Positions 29,295-39,366 of a DNA stretch of 64,000 nt are shown piece after piece. Origin of the DNA: an uncultured Candidatus Saccharibacteria bacterium (GTDB lineage: Bacteria; Patescibacteriota; Minisyncoccia; Phycocordibacterales; UBA9973); NCBI GenBank assembly GCA_964474435.1, contig CAYYSI010000002.1, forward strand, positions 92,260 to 156,259, in the 5' to 3' direction. The notes below the pieces were generated by a model. The model was given only the letters and a program-made list of their open reading frames with translations. It was not told the DNA's origin and searched no databases. The position numbers and the translations under genes are program-made. The number at the start of each line of letters is the position of its first letter. The stretch's first letter is position 1.

Positions 29295-29576
29295 CTATAC
29301 CAATGCGTTTAGTTTTAATACTAATTCTTTAGCATAGTTAATAACGATCGGATTGGTTTCTAATCTTTTCGCATATTCATCTAAAGATGCAATACCCCAT
29401 CTTTTTAACTTCTTGGAAAAACTACGATTTCTACTAGTACGAATAAGCATACGTTGTATTATCAATGTTTTGGCTTCTTCTTCAGATACTATAGTTTTTT
29501 TACCTGTCGCAGTTGATGTAAAAATAAGTCGCCCTTCGTTATTAACAAAATACGATGCACTTGTGTTGTTTTTCAT
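29295..29576 (-). CDS. AT-rich orphan hypothetical protein
   Basis: 93-aa ORF with its own TTGACT-N16-TAGAGT promoter and a downstream AAAAGGTTG/CAACCTTTT hairpin. Confidence 0.6.
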   Translation of the reverse strand: MKNNTSASYFVNNEGRLIFTSTATGKKTIVSEEEAKTLIIQRMLIRTSRNRSFSKKLKRWGIASLDEYAKRLETNPIVINYAKELVLKLNALV

Positions 29577-29646
29577 TTTCTTAAATTTCCCCTACTCTAT
29601 TCTTTTTCCTTACAAAGTCAAATACTCGAAATGCTATACTCCCCTT

Positions 29647-30432
29647 GTGAACAAAAACATCTTTTTCATAGCCATCGTACTTTTTTTCATTCCTTTATAT
29701 GCGCATGCGGAGATATTGCGCACGTTGAAACTTGGCGACCGAGGGACTGATGTCAAAGAGCTCCAGGTATTTCTGAACTCCGATCCTGGCACCCGCATTG
29801 CGACTAGTGGTGTTGGGTCACCAGGGTATGAGAGTACATACTTTGGAGGACTCACTGCTGCGGCAGTGAAACGACTCCAGATCAAATATGCGTATGAAAC
29901 CCTCACGCCAGCTGGACTGAGTTCCCCAACCGGAGTTGTCGGTCTCTACACACGCAACCTTATTTATAAAATCATCCACACAACGACGCCGACTCCTGCA
30001 ACGCCCGTTACACCTCCTTCTATACCCACCGGTATTCCGCCAAAGATCACATCAGTCAGCCCAATGATTGTGACGACGAGTCCACAAACTCTCACCATCA
30101 CAGGTACAGGCTTCACCACCACTGACAACACACTTATCATTGCAAGTGATGGTGATCAGGGTGTTGGATCATACGGATCAACCAATGGCACAACACTTTC
30201 ATTTCCATTTGTCTTTGTAACGGGTGAAAAGATGAAATCGCAACTTGTCCCATATAAAGGAAGCGCACGGTACCCCCAGATACTTGCCGAATTTGTCAAA
30301 AATCTCGGTGGTGAAACAGTCACTCGCCAAAATGGCACCACCTACATACGTGCTATACTCAAAATCAAGAATGCAAATGGCGAAAGTAATGCCGTCACGG
30401 TCCAGGTTGATATCAAGGAGCTTCTCAAATAA
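29647..30432 (+). CDS. Secreted peptidoglycan-binding domain protein with an IPT/TIG-like domain
   Basis: GTG start after TGCTATACT-N6; LKLGDRGTDVKELQVFLN, FGGLT.AAVKRLQ, TGVVG.YTR; PKITSVSP, LTITGTGF. Confidence 0.85.
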   Translation: MNKNIFFIAIVLFFIPLYAHAEILRTLKLGDRGTDVKELQVFLNSDPGTRIATSGVGSPGYESTYFGGLTAAAVKRLQIKYAYETLTPAGLSSPTGVVGLYTRNLIYKIIHTTTPTPATPVTPPSIPTGIPPKITSVSPMIVTTSPQTLTITGTGFTTTDNTLIIASDGDQGVGSYGSTNGTTLSFPFVFVTGEKMKSQLVPYKGSARYPQILAEFVKNLGGETVTRQNGTTYIRAILKIKNANGESNAVTVQVDIKELLK

Positions 30433-30438
30433 TCTTTT

Positions 30439-30822
30439 ATGAAAAAATTTCATTTCACCAAACAAACTATCGCCGCAGCAGTCTTGCTCACCAGTATGGT
30501 TGGTGCGTTTGCGCTCGCACTTCGCCCGGATCATACAGAGGCAGTTGGTGGCAGATACTTTGGAGGTATGAGAACATCGACCTTTAGTTGTAGTTGCAGC
30601 GGCAGTACGCTCATTTATATTAATGACTACGCAAGTGGTGGAGTGCTCGCACTTGTCTATAATGGTAGTGGAAGAACGTTTTCAAACAATAATATTTATG
30701 GGACATATCTCCTTGGTTCATACACAAGCGGAAGTCAGTGTCTCTACATTGTCGGCGAAGACTGTGTCGAAATGAGCTCTGATGGATACTTCGATGCAAA
30801 CCCTGGAACAGGAACATCATAA
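30439..30822 (+). CDS. Small secreted Cys-containing protein
   Basis: Signal peptide; FGG..CSCS, LLGSY..C..C, GTS end. Confidence 0.75.
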   Translation: MKKFHFTKQTIAAAVLLTSMVGAFALALRPDHTEAVGGRYFGGMRTSTFSCSCSGSTLIYINDYASGGVLALVYNGSGRTFSNNNIYGTYLLGSYTSGSQCLYIVGEDCVEMSSDGYFDANPGTGTS

Positions 30823-30860
30823 AGAAAAAATCTCTCCAGTATTTGGAGAGATTTTTTCTT
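30821..30860. terminator. Bidirectional terminator
   Basis: AAGAAAAAATCTCTCCA-gtatt-TGGAGAGATTTTTTCTT. Confidence 0.85.
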
Positions 30861-30870
30861 AACTATTTTT

Positions 30871-32775
30871 TTATAGAAACACTGTTGTAAATCCCGCTTC
30901 CCCACTTCGCGTTTCCCGTAATACAAGTTCTTCGGGTATATCGAGCACAAACTCGCTTGGCATGCGCACATCTCGCATACCATATATGGTGCGCATGCTT
31001 GCGTAGGTCAGATACAGTTTCTGGCGAGCACGTGTGAGTGCGACATACATGAGGCGGCGCTCTTCTTCGGCATCTGCGCCTGTTGCACCGCGATCTCTGT
31101 CGTGTGGAAAGAGTCCTTGTTCAAGTCCGACGACAAACACGACTGCAAACTCAAGTCCTTTTGCAGCATGGATCGTCATGAGCTTCACGCCGTTGGCGGC
31201 CTCCAGATTGTCTTGGTCACTCATCAGTGTTGCTTCTTCGATCAGTTTTTCAATGCCGTCTTCTGCACCAAGGTGATCATATCGTGTACCGAGCGTGACG
31301 AGCTCTGCCAAGTTTTCCAAACGCTCCTGACCATCCGGTTCATCTTTGTACGATGCATCCATACCACTTTCGATAATGATGTACTTGATACTTTCTGACA
31401 CCGAATGCGTTTGCATATAGATGCGAATGCGTGCAAGCAGATCAAAAAACTTTTCTACCGAGAGCTGTGCTTTGCCGCTGAGTTCTTCCTTTGCAAATAC
31501 TTTTGCAATCGTTACTTTTCCAATACCACGCGCGGGTACATTGATGATGCGTTTGATATCGACGAGACTTTCGGGATTGAGCGCTGCGCGCATATAACAG
31601 AGCACGTCTTTGACTTCCTTTCGTTCAAAGAACCGCACGCCGAGCACTTGATACGGGATACTGTATGAGAGAAATGATTCTTCGAGCACGCGCGATTGAA
31701 AGTTGGTACGAAAGAGCACTGCAATATCAGATGGTGCAACGCCTGCATCAATGTGTTCAACACATCGCTCGACAATAAAATTTCCTTCGTCAACTTCATC
31801 ATACGCCGTATAGATAGAGATCTGTTCCCCGTCAGTGTTGTTCGTAAATAATTTCTTGGGTGTGCGATAGTTATTTTTCTCAATGATTTCGTTTGCAGCT
31901 GCAAGCACTGTTTTGGTCGAGCGATAGTTTTCTTCGAGGACGACAACGGTTGCTTCTGGATAGTCTCGTTCAAATTCCAAAATGTTTTTGATATTTGCTC
32001 CACGCCATGAATAAATACTTTGATCAGAGTCGCCAACGACACACAAGTTTTTGGTGTGTGACGCAAGTGCCTTTGCGATGCGATACTGTACTTCGTTCGT
32101 GTCTTGGTATTCATCAATGTGGATGTGTGACCAGGTTTCGTGGCACCACTTCTTTGCCTCAATGTTTTTTTCAAGAAGGTGCACAGTATGTGTGAGCAAG
32201 TCATCAAAGTCGAGCGCCTTCTGTTCATGCTTCAATGCCTTGTACTTTTTCCAGATGCGGCCTGCGAGGCGATAGCTCGGATTTGCTTCCCCTTCGAGTT
32301 GCTCCGGTGTCTGGAATGCATTTGCGGCACGACTGATCGTATTTTTGATACCGCGCGGATCATTTTCTTTGGGATCGAGACCAAATGAATTGAGCGCTTC
32401 TTTGATGAGGGACGTCGTATCAGAGTCATCAAGGATCGTGAATCGCTTCACACCGTCATACACACCAAACTTCCGCAGCAAAAAAACTCCGAGACTGTGG
32501 AATGTGCTCACAAATGGCACGTCTCGTCCGCGTTCTATAAACGGAATCTTCTCAACCAAATGTCCCACTCGCTCGCGCATCTCCTTGGCCGCCTTGTTGG
32601 TAAATGTCACTGCGAGAATAGATGATGGAAGCACACCACTTGTGATGAGGTGTCCGATACGATGTACGATCGTCTTGGTCTTGCCTGCACCTGCACCTGC
32701 CACAATGAGAAGTGGCCCATCAGTTGCGAGCACTGCCTGCTTTTGCGCATCGTTAAGTCCAGAGGTGAAATCCAT
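30871..32775 (-). CDS. pcrA: UvrD/PcrA superfamily 1 DNA helicase
   Basis: AGAGAGKT, TFTNKAA, DEYQDTN, VGDSDQSIYSWRGA, TIHAAKGLEF, EERRLMYVALTRA. Confidence 0.95.
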   Translation of the reverse strand: MDFTSGLNDAQKQAVLATDGPLLIVAGAGAGKTKTIVHRIGHLITSGVLPSSILAVTFTNKAAKEMRERVGHLVEKIPFIERGRDVPFVSTFHSLGVFLLRKFGVYDGVKRFTILDDSDTTSLIKEALNSFGLDPKENDPRGIKNTISRAANAFQTPEQLEGEANPSYRLAGRIWKKYKALKHEQKALDFDDLLTHTVHLLEKNIEAKKWCHETWSHIHIDEYQDTNEVQYRIAKALASHTKNLCVVGDSDQSIYSWRGANIKNILEFERDYPEATVVVLEENYRSTKTVLAAANEIIEKNNYRTPKKLFTNNTDGEQISIYTAYDEVDEGNFIVERCVEHIDAGVAPSDIAVLFRTNFQSRVLEESFLSYSIPYQVLGVRFFERKEVKDVLCYMRAALNPESLVDIKRIINVPARGIGKVTIAKVFAKEELSGKAQLSVEKFFDLLARIRIYMQTHSVSESIKYIIIESGMDASYKDEPDGQERLENLAELVTLGTRYDHLGAEDGIEKLIEEATLMSDQDNLEAANGVKLMTIHAAKGLEFAVVFVVGLEQGLFPHDRDRGATGADAEEERRLMYVALTRARQKLYLTYASMRTIYGMRDVRMPSEFVLDIPEELVLRETRSGEAGFTTVFL

Positions 32776-32984
32776 GACTCACAGTGTAGCTGATTTATTC
32801 ACAAAGCGAAAATATCCTTATTTTGTAATGCTCTAGAGGAAGGATTGCATTAGGATAATACTCCAAAAGAGTGTCAATATAGCTAAAACAAGGCTAAAAT
32901 CAGCATTCCTTATTGACTAACCATGAATATAATTGTCCTATCACAACATGCTCGCATTCCTTGGTAAAATGATTGTCTATCTTT

Positions 32985-34106
32985 ATGACATCAACAGATT
33001 CAAATGGGTCGTCGTCAGACGTTCCCAAACGTTCCAAAAAACACCATATCGGCAAGAAACAGATACTCTACATTGTTCTTCCCCTTCTTCTTATTAATGC
33101 AGGCATTGCACATACGATCATTGGTCAGATCAAGATAAAGGCAAATGCGAGCGTGACAGAGGTCAAGGATGACACTACGGTTCTTGCGAATGAGGGCGAA
33201 GTTGCCGATGACACTGCAGCCCAAGACGAGATCGTTGCGGACGATCAGCCAGTCATTACTATTTATAAGGTAAAAAGTGGTGATACCCTCTCCGGCATTG
33301 CAGACAAGTTCAATATCTCTATCAACACGATCCGCTGGGCAAACGACCTTACAGAAAAAACCTCAAAGATTGCGATCGGAGACGAGCTCGTTATCCTTCC
33401 TGTTACAGGAGTTGAATATAAGGTAAAGAAAGGTGATACCCTTTCCGGTATTGCACTAAAGTTTGATGCAAGCCAAGACGACATTTTGAAATACAACGAT
33501 ATCGAAGCGGGGGCGATCAAGATCGGTACAGAGCTCATTATTCCAAACGCAGAGCCAATCACTGCTCCTGCCAAGGCTCCAGCAAAAGTAGTTGCCAAAA
33601 CTCCTATAAAACCAACAGCAACGAAAAGTACAACTACTACAACAACAAAGACGTCTTCTGAAACTGCAAACGTAGCAACAACTGATACAAAGGAAAAAGA
33701 AGATGACAAAAAGTCAGAGGACGAAGAAAAGCCTGCTCCAACAAAGACAACATACGTAAACCCTATTCCTGCCGGAGTACTCACACAGCGCATTCATGAT
33801 GGTAATGCAGTCGACTTTGGCGCCGCAATCGGAACACCAGTGAAGGCATCAGCTGCTGGTACGGTGATCATTGCAAAGGCAGGAAATAATGGTGGGTATG
33901 GAACGTATATTGTTATCACACACGCAGATGGATCTCAAACTCTGTATGGCCACCTTTCAAAACTCTCAGTTGCAGCTGGAGACAAAGTAGATCAAGGTGA
34001 AACAATTGGTCTCTCGGGAAATACAGGCAAATCAACTGGTCCTCACCTTCATTTCAAAATCATCAACGGCCCTCGCAATCCCTTCGCCTCTCTCGCGCTT
34101 CACTAA
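32985..34106 (+). CDS. LysM-LysM-M23 peptidase (cell-wall endopeptidase)
   Basis: Two YKVKxGDTLSGIA LysM repeats; HDGNAVD, YGHL, STGPHLHF. Confidence 0.92.
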   Translation: MTSTDSNGSSSDVPKRSKKHHIGKKQILYIVLPLLLINAGIAHTIIGQIKIKANASVTEVKDDTTVLANEGEVADDTAAQDEIVADDQPVITIYKVKSGDTLSGIADKFNISINTIRWANDLTEKTSKIAIGDELVILPVTGVEYKVKKGDTLSGIALKFDASQDDILKYNDIEAGAIKIGTELIIPNAEPITAPAKAPAKVVAKTPIKPTATKSTTTTTTKTSSETANVATTDTKEKEDDKKSEDEEKPAPTKTTYVNPIPAGVLTQRIHDGNAVDFGAAIGTPVKASAAGTVIIAKAGNNGGYGTYIVITHADGSQTLYGHLSKLSVAAGDKVDQGETIGLSGNTGKSTGPHLHFKIINGPRNPFASLALH

Positions 34107-34107
34107 T

Positions 34108-34139
34108 AAAAAAATCCTGCAACGAGCAGGATTTTTTTT
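34108..34139. terminator. Bidirectional terminator
   Basis: AAAAAATCCTGC-aacga-GCAGGATTTTTT. Confidence 0.8.
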
Positions 34140-35643
34140 ATTCAAACTTCGGCCTGTACTGCAATGCTTCCAATATGTGTGGGATCTCGATTGTCTCACT
34201 CTTTTCCAGATCAGCAATTGTGCGGGCGACTTTGATAGTGCGCATATAGACGCGGGGTGAGAGTTTGAGTTTCTCGGCATAGACTTGGAGCTGTTTACGG
34301 GCGTCATCCGAGAGTCTGCTTTCGCGTTGGACTTCGGTTGATGACAGATCGCTGTTGAGTTTCCCAAATCTTTTTTCTTGGGTTGTGCGCACTGACTCTA
34401 TTTTTTCTCGGACACTCCTACTTTCTTTTTCAGTTGCGTCATCATGGAGTGTTGCATATTCGACATGCTGGACTGGTACCCACAGATCGATACGATCAAT
34501 GATCGGACCGGAGAGTTTTTTGTTGTAGCGTGCAATTTCTGCACCACTACAACTACAGTGTTTGATGCCGCTGCCTCGATAGCCGCACGGACATGGATTC
34601 ATTGCGGCAAGGAGTATGAAACGCGCAGGATATCTGACACTTCCCTTTGCGCGTGCAACTGTGATCGCACCGTCCTCGATGGGTTCGCGCAGTGCTTCGA
34701 TCACACGCCGATCAAACTCCGGGAATTCATCCAGATACAATATCCCGCGATGTGCGAGTGTGATGTCGCCTGGACGTAATTGTTGTCCGCCACCAATGAT
34801 CGCAACATGTGATGCAGAATGATGTGGAGAGCGCAGCGGTACCTTGCCGTGTAACGCATCATTGATCAGTCCGATCGATGAGTAGATCGTTGCGACTTCG
34901 AGGAAGTGGCTACTTGTGAGCGCTGGCATGATGCCATGAAATGCCTTTGCGAGCATTGTCTTGCCAGTGCCCGGTGGTCCATAGAGGACGATGTTATGTC
35001 CACCAGCTGCAGCGATCGTGAGCGCGCGTTTGGCCTGTAGTTGTCCACGCACGTCTCCAAAATCAATCCCGCTTGAGGTTTCGATAATTGCTGGTGGTTG
35101 ATAGGTCGTCGTTTGCAACTGTTCTCCGTCATTGAGGTGTGCAACCAGTGCCTCAAGTGTGGGCACGAGATAAAATGTCACACCATCGACGAGGCACGCT
35201 TCGATGGCATTGCCTTCGGGTACAAATACTTCACTCATACCGTTGTCTCGTGCCCATTGCGCAATCGAGAGCAGTCCTCTCACTGGGCGCACGTCACCAT
35301 TGAGTGCGAGCTCTCCCACAAAGAGTTTGTTGCTCGTATCAAATACAAGCTCACCTGTTGCGGTCAGATACCCAAGTGCGATAGCAATATCAAAATACGC
35401 CCCCTCTTTGCGGAGCTCTGCGGGCGAGAGGCTGACGATGACTTTGTGGTTTTCTGCCTTTGGATTTTTATCAATGCTGTTGCGCAGTGCCGAGATCACA
35501 CGCTCACGAGACTCTTCGACTGACTTGTCCGGCAGTCCCACAATCTGGAACATATAGAGCCCTCGATTGATATCGGTCTCGACGACGACTCCTACTGCTC
35601 CCAGTCCTGACAACTGCGCACTCTGAATGCGAGAAAATGACAT
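34138..35643 (-). CDS. comM: YifB/ComM Mg-chelatase-like AAA+ helicase
   Basis: IVGLPD..VEESRERV, GPPGTGKTMLA, RSPHHSAS, LAHRGILYLDEFPEF, AMNPCPCG, ARTIADL. Confidence 0.93.
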   Translation of the reverse strand: MSFSRIQSAQLSGLGAVGVVVETDINRGLYMFQIVGLPDKSVEESRERVISALRNSIDKNPKAENHKVIVSLSPAELRKEGAYFDIAIALGYLTATGELVFDTSNKLFVGELALNGDVRPVRGLLSIAQWARDNGMSEVFVPEGNAIEACLVDGVTFYLVPTLEALVAHLNDGEQLQTTTYQPPAIIETSSGIDFGDVRGQLQAKRALTIAAAGGHNIVLYGPPGTGKTMLAKAFHGIMPALTSSHFLEVATIYSSIGLINDALHGKVPLRSPHHSASHVAIIGGGQQLRPGDITLAHRGILYLDEFPEFDRRVIEALREPIEDGAITVARAKGSVRYPARFILLAAMNPCPCGYRGSGIKHCSCSGAEIARYNKKLSGPIIDRIDLWVPVQHVEYATLHDDATEKESRSVREKIESVRTTQEKRFGKLNSDLSSTEVQRESRLSDDARKQLQVYAEKLKLSPRVYMRTIKVARTIADLEKSETIEIPHILEALQYRPKFE

Positions 35644-35774
35644 CACGTACGAAACAGAATACTCTGTTGTATGGTATGGAAATAAGATCGACCTGTTTTG
35701 TACGTGAACATGAAACAAGTATAGTAATTCGTTCTAAACTATTTCTAAACTGTGTGAAACGAGATATGCACTAG

Positions 35775-36092
35775 CTACTTAAAGACAAAGAGTATGTCAT
35801 AGAAATGTTTAATCATTCCCTTTTTATCAACTTCGATACCTTCTGTTTTGTACAGCTTCATGCGCTTTGTGCGATATTCGTCATTGATCCAGACACGGCC
35901 GCCAGCGTAGACAATGCGGTGAAACGGAATCTTTTTCTCGCCGCGATCATATGCCTTGCCGAGTATTGCGGTCACACTGCGTGCGGCTTGCCCACCACCT
36001 CCTGCCGCTTTTGCAATGTCTCCATACGTCGTCACCTTCCCCTTCGGGACCATAAGTGCGAGCTCGACGACTCGTTGTGAGAATGTTTTCAT
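35775..36092 (-). CDS. MGMT-family alkyltransferase-like protein
   Basis: VPKGKVTTYGDIA, ARSV; PFHRIV replaces the catalytic PCHRV. Confidence 0.88.
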   Translation of the reverse strand: MKTFSQRVVELALMVPKGKVTTYGDIAKAAGGGGQAARSVTAILGKAYDRGEKKIPFHRIVYAGGRVWINDEYRTKRMKLYKTEGIEVDKKGMIKHFYDILFVFK

Positions 36093-36137
36093 ATTTTTTA
36101 TAGTAACAAAAAATCCGCCGGAGCGGATAGTTTTATC

Positions 36138-36494
36138 TTAATCATTCATGTGCGCCTTGCACGTCTTTGCGCTTGGGTTTGCTTCGAGGCGTTCTGGCTC
36201 GATCTTTTCGCCGCCGATTTCACAGATACCGTACGTGCCCTCTTCGATTTTCTTGAGTGCCTTTTCGACATCAGAGAGGCGCGCTTGGAGTGTAGTGACC
36301 ATGCCAGAGCGTCCTTCGAAGTCTTCGAATCGGTCAGCTGCATCGTTGTCATCGATCTCGCCCATCATGTCTTGGTCAGGCGTTGCTTCCCAAACATTGG
36401 TCTCAGTATTAAAGATGGCAATAGACCCGAGCTCTTCTTCGAGGTTCGCCTTTTCGGTCAATAGCTTTTCGTTGTAGTGATTTGTGTTCTTCAT
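36138..36494 (-). CDS. TraR/DksA-family protein
   Basis: DxxDxA tip (DDNDAAD), ALKKIEEGTYGICE, IEPERLEANP.AKTC. Confidence 0.88.
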   Translation of the reverse strand: MKNTNHYNEKLLTEKANLEEELGSIAIFNTETNVWEATPDQDMMGEIDDNDAADRFEDFEGRSGMVTTLQARLSDVEKALKKIEEGTYGICEIGGEKIEPERLEANPSAKTCKAHMND

Positions 36495-36555
36495 TACCGG
36501 CTATAGTAGCATGCCGGCAGGAATGCACAAGTCCGTTTTCCCCTCTGGATACTTC

Positions 36556-37446
36556 TTAGTGTTGTCTGATGATGGTGTCGTAAACGGCCTTGAGAACGCT
36601 TGGGTTTGTGGCAACGACGATCGTGTTGTCGGTGGCATAGCCGTAATAAAAGAGAAGCGTTTCTTCTTGGATATCGATGTCGTATGACTTGAGGGTGCGC
36701 ACGGGCAAGTTGTACATGTAGCTGCTCGTGAATCCTTTGCCAATCTCATTTTGGTGCATCGAGAGATCGATGTTGAGTGCAGGGGCAACCATCGACAGAA
36801 GTGTCGGTTCTGCGATCAAGAATTCTTTGGTTGCGATCTCTGGATTCGGTACTGAAAAGAGGATGAATGGCACGACTTGGGATCCAGTGTTGATGACGCC
36901 AAGTCTGACAAGTGAAGTTGCAGCAATAAATGGCTCACTTGCATCGGCGCGTATAAATTCGAGAATGCCTTCGTTTGAAAGTTGGGTAAGTGTTGTCGTG
37001 TCAGACACAATAGGTACAAGGAATGGCTTGCCTTCGGGCAAATCATCATGCGTGATGAGTGTGTCGATACTTGCGTCGATCGTGGTGTCTGCTGCAATGA
37101 TTGGAGTTGTCGATTGAAAGACTCCGACTGAGACATTGGGTGCGACGTGCACGGTGAGGTGCTCATAATAGTACACGCCATACCCAAGCGAACCGAGCGC
37201 AAGCAACAAGAGTATGAGTCCCCCGAGTGTGTACCATCCTTTTTGGTGACGAACTGTTTCCTTTTCTGCTTCAAATGTTTCTCGTTCTCGAGCTGTTTGG
37301 AGAAGTTCTTGGACAACAGTCGCATCAGTTGTGTCCATCGCAAGCGACATGTCGCGTTCATACGTTTGTACGACAGGACGACCTGACGGATCAGGAGCGT
37401 CAGGTCTCTTTGGTACAGGAGATGATTGTGGTGTTGTCGGCGGCAT
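36556..37446 (-). CDS. Hypothetical single-pass membrane protein
   Basis: Pro-rich N-terminus, TM LGGLILLLLALGSLGYGVYYY. Confidence 0.75.
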   Translation of the reverse strand: MPPTTPQSSPVPKRPDAPDPSGRPVVQTYERDMSLAMDTTDATVVQELLQTARERETFEAEKETVRHQKGWYTLGGLILLLLALGSLGYGVYYYEHLTVHVAPNVSVGVFQSTTPIIAADTTIDASIDTLITHDDLPEGKPFLVPIVSDTTTLTQLSNEGILEFIRADASEPFIAATSLVRLGVINTGSQVVPFILFSVPNPEIATKEFLIAEPTLLSMVAPALNIDLSMHQNEIGKGFTSSYMYNLPVRTLKSYDIDIQEETLLFYYGYATDNTIVVATNPSVLKAVYDTIIRQH

Positions 37447-37456
37447 TATAAATTGC

Positions 37457-37966
37457 TTAATACCCGATGAGGTACTTCTTGGCATTGACCGAGAGGTCGA
37501 GGAAGTCATCGGCCACTTCTTTCAGTGATGCTGACGCGCTCTTGCCGAATGTCACGACTTCGACCTGTACGCCATGATGGTATTTGAGGTAGTTGCACAG
37601 TGGGACGAAGTCGCCATCGCCAGAGACGATCACGATTGCATCGAGTTTGGGCGCCATAGAGACACAGTCGATCGCAAGTCCGATATCCCAGTCAGCCTTT
37701 TTGCTGCCATCATAAAAGATCTGGAGATCCTTGGATTTGGTTTCAATACCGTTTTTCGTGAGTGCGTCAAAAAATGCTCCTTCGTCATTGCTCTCAGTCG
37801 TGATGACATATGCGATTGCGCGGATGAGTTTGCGGCCGGCGAGCGAGTCTTTGACGACGTTTGCAAAGTGTACTTTTCGTTTATATAAATTTTTTGCGGT
37901 GTGATAGAGATTTTGGGCGTCAATAAAAATGCCGACGCGCTGATCTTTTTGTTTGATGATTGCCAT
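37457..37966 (-). CDS. NYN-domain (LabA/DUF88, PIN-like) protein
   Basis: IFIDAQNL, KADWD, VSGDGDFVP, L...AD.F. Confidence 0.92.
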   Translation of the reverse strand: MAIIKQKDQRVGIFIDAQNLYHTAKNLYKRKVHFANVVKDSLAGRKLIRAIAYVITTESNDEGAFFDALTKNGIETKSKDLQIFYDGSKKADWDIGLAIDCVSMAPKLDAIVIVSGDGDFVPLCNYLKYHHGVQVEVVTFGKSASASLKEVADDFLDLSVNAKKYLIGY

Positions 37967-38016
37967 AGTTGTAGTATATAGCAAAACCCCCGTTTATTAA
38001 TCGGGAGTTTTGTGTA

Positions 38017-38277
38017 TTAGTCCTTGATAATTTTGAGTGCTTCTTTGTGTTGTGTCGGATTTGTTTTCTCGAGCACCTTGATGTGACCACGTCGGTCTGC
38101 CACCATCTTGATCAATCCTCGGCGTGAGTGATTGTCTTTCTTGTGTTTCTTGAGGTGGGTTGCGAGCATGTCGATCTTTTCGGTGAGCATTGCTACTTGC
38201 ACCTTCTTAGAACCAGTGTCCGTTGCGTGAACCTGGTGCTTTTTGATGACTGCTGACTTTTTCTTCGTTGATAACAT
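38017..38277 (-). CDS. rpsO: 30S ribosomal protein S15
   Basis: DTGSKKVQVAMLT, HLKKHKKDNHSRRGL. Confidence 0.96.
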   Translation of the reverse strand: MLSTKKKSAVIKKHQVHATDTGSKKVQVAMLTEKIDMLATHLKKHKKDNHSRRGLIKMVADRRGHIKVLEKTNPTQHKEALKIIKD

Positions 38278-38322
38278 AGTAGAGACATCATAACACACCC
38301 ACTCAAAAAAAGCAAGTGGGGC

Positions 38323-38414
38323 CTGCGAGGTGAGGAAGAGATGTATTTTTGGAGCACTGTTGAGGCCAGAGGCCGAGTTTGCGGAAAAAATATGTCTCTT
38401 TCGACCCGAAGCAG
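38323..38414. repeat. Long imperfect palindrome between rpsO and xer
   Basis: GAAGAGATGTATTTTT pairs with AAAAATATGTCTCTTT, closed by CTGC/GCAG. Confidence 0.6.
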
Positions 38415-38453
38415 CATCTATGTCGCACAATATTTTGTTATACTTCTCTGTAT

Positions 38454-39359
38454 ATGGACTTCCCTACTGCAAAACGACAATTCCTCGAGTATATCGAGAT
38501 CGAAAAGGGCCGCTCGCTCAAAACTGTCGAAAATTACGATCACTACCTCTCTCGCTTTGCCACTGACATGAAGGTATCCAAGGTGAAGGATATCACCGAA
38601 GACACACTTCGCGAGTTTCGCCTGCGCCTCAACCGTGCTCCAGGCGTCAAAGTCCGTGGGCAATCTGCTGCAACGATGAAGAAAAACACGCAGAACTACT
38701 ATATGATCGCGCTACGCTCATTCCTCAAATACTGCCGCAAGCGAAACATCGATGCTGTGACGCCGGATGCCATCGAGCTTGCAAAGGTCGGCGCTCGCCA
38801 CCTCGACCTTATATCAACTGACGAACTCAATCGTCTCTTGAAATCCCCTGACACAACGACGCTCAAAGGTTTGCGGGACAAAGCACTTCTTGAGCTCTTT
38901 TTCTCGACAGGCCTTCGTCTTGCCGAGCTTTGCTCGCTCAACAACGACCTCGACCTCTCTCGTGATGAGTTTTCTATACGCGGAAAAGGTGAAAAGGTCC
39001 GTGTGGTGTTCATCTCAGACGATGCACGAGCTGCAATCAAGGCATATCTCAAGGCTCGCAAGGACATGGACGACGCAATGTTCGTCAATATTGCCAAAAA
39101 CAAGATATCTGGCCGCCTCACCCCCCGTTCGATCGAGCGCATCGTGCGTGAATACTCTATAAAGGCTGGAATCTCCAAGAAAGTCACGCCCCACGTCCTT
39201 CGTCACTCGTTTGCGACCAATCTCCTCTCCAATGGCGCCGATATTCGCAGTGTCCAAATGATGCTCGGCCATGCCAACATCGCTACAACCCAGGTCTATA
39301 CACACATTACCGACAAACAACTTCGTGAGGTGCACAAGAAGTTTCATTCGAAAAAGTAA
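38454..39359 (+). CDS. XerC/XerD-family tyrosine recombinase
   Basis: N-terminal SAM-like domain; TGLRLAEL, GKGEKVR, TPHVLRHSFAT, LGHANIATTQVYTH. Confidence 0.94.
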   Translation: MDFPTAKRQFLEYIEIEKGRSLKTVENYDHYLSRFATDMKVSKVKDITEDTLREFRLRLNRAPGVKVRGQSAATMKKNTQNYYMIALRSFLKYCRKRNIDAVTPDAIELAKVGARHLDLISTDELNRLLKSPDTTTLKGLRDKALLELFFSTGLRLAELCSLNNDLDLSRDEFSIRGKGEKVRVVFISDDARAAIKAYLKARKDMDDAMFVNIAKNKISGRLTPRSIERIVREYSIKAGISKKVTPHVLRHSFATNLLSNGADIRSVQMMLGHANIATTQVYTHITDKQLREVHKKFHSKK

Positions 39360-39366
39360 GGGGCCT

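Noticed and set aside
32800-32970. Riboswitch (e.g. c-di-AMP) upstream of the LysM-M23 gene
   Set aside because: Only a weak hairpin (TAATGC/GCATTA); no conserved riboswitch motifs recognised.
38415-38445. dif-like sequence TGTCGCACAATATTTTGTTATAC upstream of xer
   Set aside because: Arm and spacer geometry does not fit the 11-6-11 dif consensus, it overlaps the xer -10 element, and it is only ~28 kb from the putative oriC.
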